Both the position numbers and the translations under genes were made by a program. A stretch of DNA of 64,000 nt from Podarcis bocagei. Lineage: Eukaryota. The notes under the pieces are model-generated. The model was not told the DNA's origin, did not search any database, and saw only the letters and a list, made by a program, of their open reading frames with translations. Numbering within the stretch: the first letter of the stretch is position 1; the number at the start of each line of letters is the position of its first letter. Shown here piece by piece: positions 12,369 to 22,577 of the stretch. The stretch lies in NCBI GenBank assembly GCA_964188305.1, contig OZ076888.1. One strand, written 5' to 3'.

Positions 12369-14963
12369 ATGGCCTCACAACCAGTTCAGATGGCTTTTGA
12401 GCGTCTGAATGACTCCAATTACTTGCTGTGGTCGGAACGCATGCAGGCAGTGCTGCAGAGGGATCGTCTCTGGCAAGTGGTGAGTAAGTTTCCTGCAAAG
12501 CCTGATGATGAAGACCTCGATAAAGACCAAAGAGCAAGGGCCACAATTGTCTTGGGGCTGGAAGATTCCCAGTTGCCGTATGTGAGGGGAATCAAGACAG
12601 CTAGAGGTGTGTGGCAAGCACTTAAAGAACTCCATGTGCGTGAGACAGCGGTTTCCAAGCTGTTCATTCGCAAGGCATTGTACAAGGCAATGTTACAGCC
12701 TGGGGTTACAATGCAGGAACACCTACACAGTTTACAGTTAAAGTTTGTTGCGCTACAGGAAAGAGACTGTGCATTAGACCAGCAGGAGAAAGTGGCTATT
12801 ATTTTGAGTTCTCTCCCGGAAAGCTGGGATAATTTAGTTTTGTCTCTAGAAGGCATACAGGAGCGTGATTTATCAGTCAGTTACGTTACTGGGCGTTTGA
12901 TTGAAGAATGGCAGAAGAGGCAAGAAAGGTCGTTGGCTGCAGAGGCTTCTACAGGTGGACGGTTTGGAGGGAGTTCTCATGCCGTGCCAGAGGTGGAGCA
13001 AAAGCAGCGTACCGGTGAGGAGTCAGCGTTTGCTGTTAGGCGTTGTTTCCGATGTGGGTCCTCAGCGCATCTAAAACGACAATGTCCGGAGTTGGTCAAG
13101 TCTCAGTTGCCGGTGCAGGAGCAGAGACGAGATCAGCAGCAGCAGCAGCAGCAGCGTAAAAAGAAATTCTTCAAACGAAAACAGTCGGCTCAGCTGGTGA
13201 CAGGCGAGGTCAAGATTGCTGATGAGAAACAAGCGGTCTGGGTGGTCGATTCGGGAGCGTCTCGCCACATCGTGAATTCAGATGAATTGTTTGTTTCCAA
13301 GAACTCAGCACAGCGCAGCCAGGTGGCTCTAGCAGACGGAAGTACTTCCGAAGTGATTTCGGGGGGTGCAGTTTTTGTTCCTTGTCTTCGTGAGTGCCTG
13401 CAAAATGTACTTTGTGTGCCGTCATTAAGGAGCAATCTGATGTCTGTAGATTGTTTGCTAAAAGCTGGGTTTAAAGTGTATTTTGAAGGAGACAGTTGCA
13501 TTATTAAGAAGGCTGGTGAGATTTTAGGCACTGCTAAGTCAGAGGGAGGCTTGTTTTGGCTTAAAGCAGGATCCCAAGTTGCAGCAGTAGTCAGTAAATC
13601 TCAGCCTGCTAACAAAGCTATACATGACAACTGTGTGCACTTATTGCATAGGAAAATGGGGCATGCTTGCTGGAAAAGTGTACTAAAAATGTTTGAATTG
13701 GCTGATGGGGGTAATTTAAAGAGTTGTAACAAGTACCTTGATTGTAATGTGTGTAAAAAGGTTAAAACCCACAGAGTCTCTTACCCCAGAAGTGACAGAG
13801 TTAGTGAGTCACCGCTACAGCTGGTTCACATGGACGTAATTGGTCCATTTGCTGTAAGCAGGGGTGGAGCGCGTTTTTCACTAACAATTGTGGATGACGC
13901 TACACGTTATTCTTGGGTTTTCCCCATGAAGAATAAGGGTGACGTGTTCACTAAGTTTAAAGGCTGGGTGGCATCTGTGGAAAGATTTCTGTCCATTAAA
14001 CTCAAAAGGATTCAGACGGACAGAGGTGGCGAATTTATGTCAAATGCCTTTAAAGATTGGTTACAAAAGCGTGGCATTGGGCATAGAAAAACGAACGTTT
14101 TTTCCCCAGAGGAGAATGGCGTTGCAGAGCGAAAAAACAGATCTTTACAAGATATGATGTTTGCCATGCTTGATGATGCTGATTTACCCATGTCTTATTG
14201 GGGGGAGAGCATGCTCACCGCGTGTTATCTCCAAAATAGGCTCTTTCATCAAACAATAGGTACAACCCCGTACTTTAAATTGTTTCAGAAAAAACCTAAA
14301 ATTGACCATTTGCATGTGTTTGGATCAAAAGCCTGGGTATTAATTCCGAAACAAATGAGAAAGAAGGGAGATCCTAAGACCAAACAGTTAGTGTTTGTGG
14401 GTTACCAGGAGCTGGGAAAAGGTTTCCGCTTTGCTGAAGGGACAAATGGCATTGTGATCTCCAGGAATGCCAGTTTTTGTGAACATAGTGGCTGGGAGAG
14501 ACTACATGCCAATACTGAGGTTTGGTTTGAACCTTCCCAGGAGCTTCATGACTCTGAAGGTAGACACAGAGAATCAGAGTCTGAGGGGGAGGAAAGTTCA
14601 GATAAGAGCTCTCAAGAAAGTGGAAGACCTGTTGCTAAGCAACAAAAGAGAGGTCATAGTTCTGAGGAGGAAAGTGGGTCAGAAGAAAAATTTTCTCCCA
14701 GAAGATCTAAAAGACAAAACAAAGGAGTGCCTCCAGTGCGTTTTTCCCCAGATACTGCAAATGTGTTTAGTGTAATTGCAGAACCCAAGAGTTTTCAGGA
14801 GGTGTTAAAGTTACCAAAAGAGGAGGCAGAGCGCTGGAAACAGGCAATGGAGGAAGAGATGTCCTCTCTGAATGAGCACGAGGTCTTTACACCAGTAGCA
14901 GCGCCTGAGGGGGCAAAGATTGTAGGCTGCAGGTGGGTGTACAAAAGACTTAGGCCCGGTTAG
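12369..14963 (+). CDS. Copia gag-protease-integrase polyprotein ending just inside RT (864 aa)
   Basis: Zinc knuckle CFRCGSSAHLKRQC; protease VVDSGASRH; HHCC (HRKMGH...CNVC); integrase DDE (LVHMD, QTDRGGEF, NGVAERKNR); GYQELGKGF; RT start EPKSF...GCRWVYK. Confidence 0.95.
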   Translation: MASQPVQMAFERLNDSNYLLWSERMQAVLQRDRLWQVVSKFPAKPDDEDLDKDQRARATIVLGLEDSQLPYVRGIKTARGVWQALKELHVRETAVSKLFIRKALYKAMLQPGVTMQEHLHSLQLKFVALQERDCALDQQEKVAIILSSLPESWDNLVLSLEGIQERDLSVSYVTGRLIEEWQKRQERSLAAEASTGGRFGGSSHAVPEVEQKQRTGEESAFAVRRCFRCGSSAHLKRQCPELVKSQLPVQEQRRDQQQQQQQRKKKFFKRKQSAQLVTGEVKIADEKQAVWVVDSGASRHIVNSDELFVSKNSAQRSQVALADGSTSEVISGGAVFVPCLRECLQNVLCVPSLRSNLMSVDCLLKAGFKVYFEGDSCIIKKAGEILGTAKSEGGLFWLKAGSQVAAVVSKSQPANKAIHDNCVHLLHRKMGHACWKSVLKMFELADGGNLKSCNKYLDCNVCKKVKTHRVSYPRSDRVSESPLQLVHMDVIGPFAVSRGGARFSLTIVDDATRYSWVFPMKNKGDVFTKFKGWVASVERFLSIKLKRIQTDRGGEFMSNAFKDWLQKRGIGHRKTNVFSPEENGVAERKNRSLQDMMFAMLDDADLPMSYWGESMLTACYLQNRLFHQTIGTTPYFKLFQKKPKIDHLHVFGSKAWVLIPKQMRKKGDPKTKQLVFVGYQELGKGFRFAEGTNGIVISRNASFCEHSGWERLHANTEVWFEPSQELHDSEGRHRESESEGEESSDKSSQESGRPVAKQQKRGHSSEEESGSEEKFSPRRSKRQNKGVPPVRFSPDTANVFSVIAEPKSFQEVLKLPKEEAERWKQAMEEEMSSLNEHEVFTPVAAPEGAKIVGCRWVYKRLRPG

Positions 14964-15813
14964 GACATATTTAGGGTTGGAAGTGTGCTGGGCCCAAGAT
15001 GGCAGCTGCCTAATTAGTCAGCAGAACAAAGTTAAACAACTACTGACTACATACAGGATGCAGGATTGCAAAGGGGCAGCGGTGCCTATGGATCCAGGTT
15101 TCATAAAAACACTTCATACAGATGAGAGTCCTGAATTTGAACACCCTGATGTATATCACTCTGTAATTGGAAGTTTATTGTATATAGCACAGTGGTCCAG
15201 ACCTGATATTAGCTATGCAGTAGGCATATTAAGTAGATTGGTCTCAAAACCCACACTAAATGCCTGGAAAGGGGTAAAACAAGTTCTGAGATATCTCAAA
15301 CAGACAATTGGCTATATGTTACAATTAAATTCTTCCGAGGATGAAATGTTGAGTTGCTACTGTGATAGTGACTGGGGAAATTTGCCAGATAGAAAATCTG
15401 TCACAGGACTAGTCATAATGGTCGGTGGAGCTTTAATCAGCTGGCGGTCACGCAAGCAAGACGTTGTAAGTGTGTCATCAACGGAATCAGAGTATGCTGC
15501 ATTGAGTGAATTGTGCAACGAGGTGATTTATTTCAAGCATTTGATGGCAGATTTAAATGTAAATTGTGGAGAACCAGTACAAGTTTACATTGATAATCAA
15601 GCTTGTATAACCTTAAGTAAAACAGAGGGTTTCAAATCGCGTTCCAAACATATCTCTGTAAAATACCAAAATGTACGTTGCTGTGTACAAGACAATGTAA
15701 TCACCTGTACTTATGTATCAAGTGAAGAAAATGTAGCAGATGTGTTAACTAAACCATTGGCAAAGATAAAGAACAAGCGAATGTGCAAGGGTTTAGGTTT
15801 GCTGGAAAAATGA
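14944..15813 (+). pseudogene. Copia RT C-terminal remnant plus intact RNase H, out of frame with upstream ORF
   Basis: KDLGPVRTYLGLEV...YHSVIGSLLY...RPDISYAVG...YCDSDWG...DRKSVTG...STESEY...IDNQA...ADVLTKPL. Confidence 0.9.
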
Positions 15814-15859
15814 TCTCCTACATAGGTGTATTTGGTGTTAATTGTTCAGCAGAATCTGT

Positions 15860-15866
15860 GAGGGGG
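15860..15866 (+). promoter_or_regulatory. Polypurine tract
   Basis: GAGGGGG immediately before TG of LTR 2. Confidence 0.8.
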
Positions 15867-16307
15867 TGTTCAGTTTCTGTTAATTGGTTCTCGTGGGAAA
15901 CTTGCAGATTCTAGCTTCACCAATTAACTCAAGCTGGTGTCAATTTACTCTTGGCAGAAAGCCCAGGTCTGCTTGACCTAGAAACTACTCGCTCTGATTG
16001 GTTAACGAGCAGCACTCAACTCTGTTATCAAGGGATTGCTAGCACAGTTTGGTGTGAGGTGTGTTAGGAGTTAGAAGTGCTGTGTATGGTTTTGAGAGAG
16101 AGAAAGAGAGGGTTTATTTTGCTTTTATTTGTATGCAGAAACTCTGCTGGTTTTATTTTTCCTTTTTAATAAATCCTGTAAATAGTTCTTCTGAGTCTAG
16201 CTGACTAGTCATTACTGCCGCAACTAGCTTCTTCGCTGTGCAGGAAAACTCTGCTACGTTTGGGCTAAAGCCAATAGGGCTATGCCTGACACTCCAAAGT
16301 TCCATGA
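15867..16307 (+). repeat. Copia LTR 2, shared by both units
   Basis: Preceded by PPT and followed by PBS, so it is 3' LTR of unit 1 and 5' LTR of unit 2. Confidence 0.93.
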
Positions 16308-16543
16308 GGTTATGGGCATTGTACTGCCAGCCTGAGTTGCGGTGGTGTCAGCATCAACGGCGTTGGTTCCAGTAGTTCCAGAAGTTGTTGTTCTCTGGCT
16401 GGTTCCTGACCGTGGTGAGCTGGTGACGCAGCGGACACAAGGACAACAGCTGCAGCGTGTGAGTGCTGGGTGCTGTGGTTCCTGTTTTCTCTCTCGGTGG
16501 TCGTGAGTAGCTGGTTCCGGGTTCCAGGGACATCGCTCTCAAG

Positions 16544-18487
16544 ATGGCCTCACAACCAGTTCAGATGGCTTTTGAGCGTCTGAATGACTCCAATTACTTG
16601 CTGTGGTCGGAACGCATGCAGGCAGTGCTGCAGAGGGATCGTCTCTGGCAAGTGGTGAGTAAGTTTCCTGCAAAGCCTGATGATGAAGACCTCGATAAAG
16701 ACCAAAGAGCAAGGGCCACAATTGTCTTGGGGCTGGAAGATTCCCAGTTGCCGTATGTGAGGGGAATCAAGACAGCTAGAGGTGTGTGGCAAGCACTTAA
16801 AGAACTCCATGTGCGTGAGACAGCGGTTTCCAAGCTGTTCATTCGCAAGGCATTGTACAAGGCAATGTTACAGCCTGGGGTTACAATGCAGGAACACCTA
16901 CACAGTTTACAGTTAAAGTTTGTTGCGCTACAGGAAAGAGACTGTGCATTAGACCAGCAGGAGAAAGTGGCTATTATTTTGAGTTCTCTCCCGGAAAGCT
17001 GGGATAATTTAGTTTTGTCTCTAGAAGGCATACAGGAGCGTGATTTATCAGTCAGTTACGTTACTGGGCGTTTGATTGAAGAATGGCAGAAGAGGCAAGA
17101 AAGGTCGTTGGCTGCAGAGGCTTCTACAGGTGGACGGTTTGGAGGGAGTTCTCATGCCGTGCCAGAGGTGGAGCAAAAGCAGCGTACCGGTGAGGAGTCA
17201 GCGTTTGCTGTTAGGCGTTGTTTCCGATGTGGGTCCTCAGCGCATCTAAAACGACAATGTCCGGAGTTGGTCAAGTCTCAGTTGCCGGTGCAGGAGCAGA
17301 GACGAGATCAGCAGCAGCAGCAGCAGCAGCGTAAAAAGAAATTCTTCAAACGAAAACAGTCGGCTCAGCTGGTGACAGGCGAGGTCAAGATTGCTGATGA
17401 GAAACAAGCGGTCTGGGTGGTCGATTCGGGAGCGTCTCGCCACATCGTGAATTCAGATGAATTGTTTGTTTCCAAGAACTCAGCACAGCGCAGCCAGGTG
17501 GCTCTAGCAGACGGAAGTACTTCCGAAGTGATTTCGGGGGGTGCAGTTTTTGTTCCTTGTCTTCGTGAGTGCCTGCAAAATGTACTTTGTGTGCTGTCAT
17601 TAAGGAGCAATCTGATGTCTGTAGATTGTTTGCTAAAAGCTGGGTTTAAAGTGTATTTTGAAGGAGACAGTTGCATTATTAAGAAGGCTGGTGAGATTTT
17701 AGGCACTGCTAAGTCAGAGGGAGGCTTGTTTTGGCTTAAAGCAGGATCCCAAGTTGCAGCAGTAGTCAGTAAATCTCAGCCTGCTAACAAAGCTATACAT
17801 GACAACTGTGTGCACTTATTGCATAGGAAAATGGGGCATGCTTGCTGGAAAAGTGTACTAAAAATGTTTGAATTGGCTGATGGGGGTAATTTAAAGAGTT
17901 GTAACAAGTACCTTGATTGTAATGTGTGTAAAAAGGTTAAAACCCACAGAGTCTCTTACCCCAGAAGTGACAGAGTTAGTGAGTCACCGCTACAGCTGGT
18001 TCACATGGACGTAATTGGTCCATTTGCTGTAAGCAGGGGTGGAGCGCGTTTTTCACTAACAATTGTGGATGACGCTACACGTTATTCTTGGGTTTTCCCC
18101 ATGAAGAATAAGGGTGACGTGTTCACTAAGTTTAAAGGCTGGGTGGCATCTGTGGAAAGATTTCTGTCCATTAAACTCAAAAGGATTCAGACGGACAGAG
18201 GTGGCGAATTTATGTCAAATGCCTTTAAAGATTGGTTACAAAAGCGTGGCATTGGGCATAGAAAAACGAACGTTTTTTCCCCAGAGGAGAATGGCGTTGC
18301 AGAGCGAAAAAACAGATCTTTACAAGATATGATGTTTGCCATGCTTGATGATGCTGATTTACCCATGTCTTATTGGGGGGAGAGCATGCTCACCGCGTGT
18401 TATCTCCAAAGTTCCATGACAAACATTGTGCACGCAATAATAATTTGCTGTAGTTTTCCCAACATTGTATTTTTGTTGTTTATCTAA
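16544..18487 (+). CDS. Second copia gag-PR-IN ORF, truncated in integrase and fused to LTR tip/host intron sequence (647 aa)
   Basis: Same as ORF 12369 except P to L until ...ACYLQ, then SSMTNIVHAIIICCSFPNIVFLLFI from LTR end, TSD and flank. Confidence 0.85.
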   Translation: MASQPVQMAFERLNDSNYLLWSERMQAVLQRDRLWQVVSKFPAKPDDEDLDKDQRARATIVLGLEDSQLPYVRGIKTARGVWQALKELHVRETAVSKLFIRKALYKAMLQPGVTMQEHLHSLQLKFVALQERDCALDQQEKVAIILSSLPESWDNLVLSLEGIQERDLSVSYVTGRLIEEWQKRQERSLAAEASTGGRFGGSSHAVPEVEQKQRTGEESAFAVRRCFRCGSSAHLKRQCPELVKSQLPVQEQRRDQQQQQQQRKKKFFKRKQSAQLVTGEVKIADEKQAVWVVDSGASRHIVNSDELFVSKNSAQRSQVALADGSTSEVISGGAVFVPCLRECLQNVLCVLSLRSNLMSVDCLLKAGFKVYFEGDSCIIKKAGEILGTAKSEGGLFWLKAGSQVAAVVSKSQPANKAIHDNCVHLLHRKMGHACWKSVLKMFELADGGNLKSCNKYLDCNVCKKVKTHRVSYPRSDRVSESPLQLVHMDVIGPFAVSRGGARFSLTIVDDATRYSWVFPMKNKGDVFTKFKGWVASVERFLSIKLKRIQTDRGGEFMSNAFKDWLQKRGIGHRKTNVFSPEENGVAERKNRSLQDMMFAMLDDADLPMSYWGESMLTACYLQSSMTNIVHAIIICCSFPNIVFLLFI

Positions 18488-19673
18488 GCCACTTGATTTC
18501 TCATATGGATGTCCTGCAATAGAGTCAAGAGTAGATGTTCTGTTTGAATCCTTTACCTCTTTGATGATAGTTTTAAAAACTTAACATTTACACATTATCA
18601 TTTGGCCAGTTGCAATCTTCTTACAGTATTAACATTAATTCTTATCCAAAAAGACCAGTTCCATTTTTAGGACTGTTTTCTTGTCCAGTGTAATATTTGG
18701 GGGTGTGAGGTGGCAAAAGGAAGGCCATCTGTTCTGTGTTTGGTCTGCCCTAGCCTCACGTAGCAGGGAAATTCAGCTTGTATATAAAGAATCTGCTGAA
18801 GACATTGCTAGATTTTGGTACCTGTAGGTAGCAAACTTCCTTCTTCCAAAGAATGTCGGGTTCATTATTGTTATGCTGTCACTGAGATAGCTCGTGCCAC
18901 CTATACTAATAGTGAATTCAGGTGCTGTTACTTTTATTAAGTAGAAATGATAACAACATTTATATATCACTTGATGGTTGTAAAACCTCTAAGCTGCTTG
19001 CAGCATTATTAAAATTATCAATAAAACAGATCACAATATTTAAAGATAATTAAAGTTAACTGTAAAAAGGTTAAAACACACCCATATCTGTGGGTCTGGG
19101 CAGGCTTGCCTGAACAAAAATGCTTTAAGTTGTTGTGGCATCTTCACAGTGAAAACAGGACTGCTGAAACAGAAGGTATCAGCATCTTCAGGGAAGTTCC
19201 AAGGTTTGCAGAAGTACAAAGCAAACAAAAAGGGGAAACACTCTCCTCTCAAAAAGGCTCAAAGACAGACATACTTAGAGCTGCAAAATGCTTGAGTAGT
19301 TGGGGCAAGCAATGCGTTTGCTGTATTTCCTGACTATTTTCTTGCTGTCCTCATAATACCAGATTCATGGCTCATGTTTAGAAGTTTTGTAGAGACAGTT
19401 GGTATGACACTTAGCCAGTTTGGGGATCTCTTTCCCCCAGTTTCGAACATGGCATGAGAAGATAGGGAAAGCCCCTTTTTTGGTTTCTGTGTGTCTATTT
19501 CCTTTCAGCTTTAATCTATTGCAGAAGCATTGAGGAGCAATTGCTATCAGTAGCATGACTTCATATGCAATGATATTCAGATACACCACCCTGGGATATG
19601 CAGTGGTGAAAAGGGTGGGCTATGCATTTTAAAAAGTTTAGTTGTGACGCCATGACTTCTGTAACGTTCTTTA

Positions 19674-19787
19674 TTTTTATTTTTATTTTTTATAATGATA
19701 TTTATTGAAACAGAAGATTTTTTTTTAAAAAAATACACAAAAAAGACAAGATTACAAAAAAGAAGAAAAAACAAAAACATAAGAAAC
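19674..19787 (-). mobile_element. Short poly(A) non-LTR retroposon 3' end (L1-like)
   Basis: A-rich tail with AATAAA on minus strand, direct repeat CGTTCTTTA at 19665-19673 and 19788-19796. Confidence 0.5.
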
Positions 19788-19867
19788 CGTTCTTTAAATG
19801 AGGCTTCACCAGTCCGAGGAAGGAGGTGGGATTAGGGCAATGCTGGTGGAGCCGGGAAAGAGAAATA

Positions 19868-20092
19868 CAGTGGTACCTCGGATTAAGAACTTAATTTGTT
19901 CTGGAGGTCTGTTCTTAACCTGAGGTACCACTTTAGCTAATGGGGCCTCCCGCTGCTGCCGCGCTGCCGGAGCACGATTTCTGTTCTCATCCTGAAGCAA
20001 AGTTCTTAACCCGAGGTACTATTTCTGGGTTAGCAGAGTCTGTAAACTGAAGCGTATGTAACCTGAAGCGTCTGTAACCCGAGGTACCACTG
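19868..20092. mobile_element. Tc1/mariner MITE (CAGTGGTACCTCGG family)
   Basis: TIRs with TA flanks; copies near 34900 and at 48995. Confidence 0.85.
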
Positions 20093-20174
20093 TAGTGATT
20101 CTGCATTTCATTGGCCTTTTACTGTGTGTGAGGGTGTTTATATAAACATTAAGAACATAATTTACGGAGCATAA

Positions 20175-20600
20175 TAATAGTCAGAATAATAATAAACTAA
20201 TCATAAGAACAGCCCCCTCCCCACACACATTTAACAGGTCATAGATTATTTAATGGCTGAAGGCCTGAGTAAAGAGGAATATTTTCATCCAGTGCCTAAA
20301 GACATGTAATGATGGTGCCAGGCGAGCCTCTCTGGGGAGAGCATTCCTCAAATGGGGAGCCACCACAGAAAAGTCCTGTTCTTGTGTTGTCACCCTCCAA
20401 ACCTCTCCGGCAGGGGAGACATAGGGAAGGGCCTCAGAAGACAAGTGGAGGGGCTGGGTCAGTTCATATGGGGAGAGGCGGTCCTTCAGGTACTGAGGTA
20501 CCAAGCCATGTAAGGCTTTATAGGTCTACACCAGCACTTTGAATTAGAACCAGAAACTAATTGGCAGCCAGTGCAGTCAAGCCAGGATTGGAATTATATG
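20175..20600 (-). mobile_element. L2-clade LINE 3' fragment
   Basis: Minus frame PQYLKDRLSPY...FSVVAPHLRNALPREARLAPSLHVFRHWMKIFLF. Confidence 0.75.
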
Positions 20601-20924
20601 CCTTGTCTAGACATGGAATAGTTGGTATTCACCAGTGTGCATTAGAATCAAACTTAATCATAAGTTTTGTTTATTCAGGCCTGTATCAGGATCATATGCT
20701 GAAAACATTGGGGGATGTCACAATGACTCCCTGTCACCCCACAAAACCCCTGAAATTTCCATGAACTAGCCTGTGCTGTCTGAAAATCTGTAGCAGCAGA
20801 AAACATTGCACAGGCGGAGTCTTCAGACAGTCAGAGCTGGAAGTCTGGGTGGCTGCCTGTTGCAGCTTGCTTTCCTTCAGCCTAGCCTGAAAGGTATGAA
20901 CAAACTCCTTGGCATCAGGATGAA

Positions 20925-21345
20925 CATAATAATAATTTATTATTATATCCCACCCTCCCCAGCCAAAGCTGGGCTCAGAGCGGCTAACAACAGTAAAAAT
21001 AGCACAGTTTACATAAAATCACAGTCAATTGAAATACATTCTAAAATCAGTTCAGAATCAAATTAATGGCAACCATTGGGCTAGAGTTCTATGAGGATTA
21101 CAGAAGGAGGGGGTCAGACTGCACCTTGGCCAAAGGCCTGGTGGAACAGCTCTGTCTTGCAGGCCCCGCAGAAAGATGTTGCGTCCTGCAGGGCCCTAGT
21201 CTCTTGAGACAGAGCGTTCCACCAGATCGGGACTACGGCCAAAAAAGCCCTTGCTGTGGTTGAGGCCAGCCTAACCTCCCTGTGGACTGGGATCTCCAAG
21301 ATGTTTTTATTTGAAGACCGTAAGGTCCTCCGTGGGACATACCAG
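20925..21345 (-). mobile_element. L2-clade LINE 3' fragment
   Basis: Minus frame YVPRRTLRSS...ARAFLAVVPIWWNALSQE...KTELFHQAF. Confidence 0.75.
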
Positions 21346-21811
21346 GAGATGGCTTTTGTGATTCTCCCATGAGCACAGGAAGAGACGTTCTGATGGCCAA
21401 TGGGGCCAAAAGGGAGAAGGAACAAGTGGTGCTCCCCCTCCAGCCTGAAATGTTTGCGGGTGTGCTGGCTTCATCATGGTCTCTTCACCTGCAGAGTGAT
21501 TAGAGAGGGGAAGAAGTGACCTGCAGGGCAGGACAGCAGCTGCAGGTGAAATGAAAGGGGCAAGTTGGGATATTCACGAGGAAGTTCTGGGGCAAAAAAT
21601 GTCCTTTTTTCTGCCTTTCTTTCTCTGCCAGCAACTTCCTTGTAGATCCCCAACTCTCCTCCTGCTTCAGGGAACAGGCTGAGGACAAGCTGATCCAATT
21701 TGTTTCAACAGCTACTTATTACTGAGACAGTGTTGCAATACAGACTGAAGGTTTTCTTGTCTTGGATCCCCCCCCCCATCCCATTTCTTTTACTTGCTCT
21801 GTTTCTTTCAG

Positions 21812-22010
21812 GCACAACAAGTACTCCTAATGACTTGTGGTACAATATCATTGAATTGCCATACCATGGTGAAAGTATCAGTATGCTGATTGCTCTGCCC
21901 ACGGAAAGCACAACTCCTTTGTCTGCTATTATTCCTCACATTAGCACAAAAACGATACAGAGCTGGATGACGACTATGGTGCAGAAGAGAGTGCAGGTTA
22001 TTTTACCCAA
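21812..22010 (+). CDS. SERPINE2: SERPINE2 coding exon 4
   Basis: GTTSTPNDLWYNIIELPYHGESISMLIALPTESTTPLSAIIPHISTKTIQSWMTTMVQKRVQVILP; 199 nt. Confidence 0.97.
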
Positions 22011-22129
22011 GTAGGTTCTGTTCCCCCCACTTTATCTCACACATATTTATGTCACCCCTATTGAAAAACCTTTTTGCAATTGGACTTAATTTCAGTCTCA
22101 GGCTGATGCTCTTCTGTTGCTCCCACCAG

Positions 22130-22230
22130 GTTTACTGCGGAGGCAGAAACAGACTTAAAGGAACCTTTGCAGGAGCTTGGCATTCGAGATATGTTTGATC
22201 AGTCAAAGGCAAATTTTGCAAAAATAACAA
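22130..22230 (+). CDS. SERPINE2: SERPINE2 coding exon 5
   Basis: KFTAEAETDLKEPLQELGIRDMFDQSKANFAKIT; 101 nt, AG/GT flanks. Confidence 0.96.
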
Positions 22231-22577
22231 GTGAGTTACCCTCTCATTCTCTTGTCCATGAGTTTTAGGACTAGGGATTTGTGGAAATAATTTGGTTGGT
22301 TTGAATTTTATCCCACTTCTCACTGAAATTAATTTATCAAAACACTGCATTGTGATCTGTTAGTGTCATTTTTTTCATGCCAAGTGATTCCCTGGTACAA
22401 TTTTTTTAGCAGGTGGGGGGGGGGAATGGCATATCTTAATAACAGCATACAGAAGCAGATTGACGTCTCCTTCTGTTTATGTATAATGAAAAGGGTTGGC
22501 TGCTCCCTGGAATGTAGCATGAGGATGTGTATACATAATATTTATGGCACATATGTTCTGTGTTTGACCCTTAACAG

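Larger units (their letters stand above)
11692..18419 (+). mobile_element. Ty1/copia LTR retrotransposon, tandem partially duplicated insertion
   Basis: LTR-gag/PR/IN/(RT deleted)/RH-LTR-gag/PR/IN(partial)-LTR tip; 5-bp TSD CAAAC at 11687-11691 and 18420-18424; unit offset 4175 bp. Confidence 0.95.

Noticed and set aside
14940-14977. Programmed frameshift or readthrough between the two copia ORFs
   Set aside because: The RT core including YVDD is physically missing, so this is a deletion junction; recoding could not restore RT
12179-18332. Antisense and alternate-frame ORFs inside the copia element
   Set aside because: Shadow ORFs with no recognisable motifs, duplicated only because the unit is duplicated
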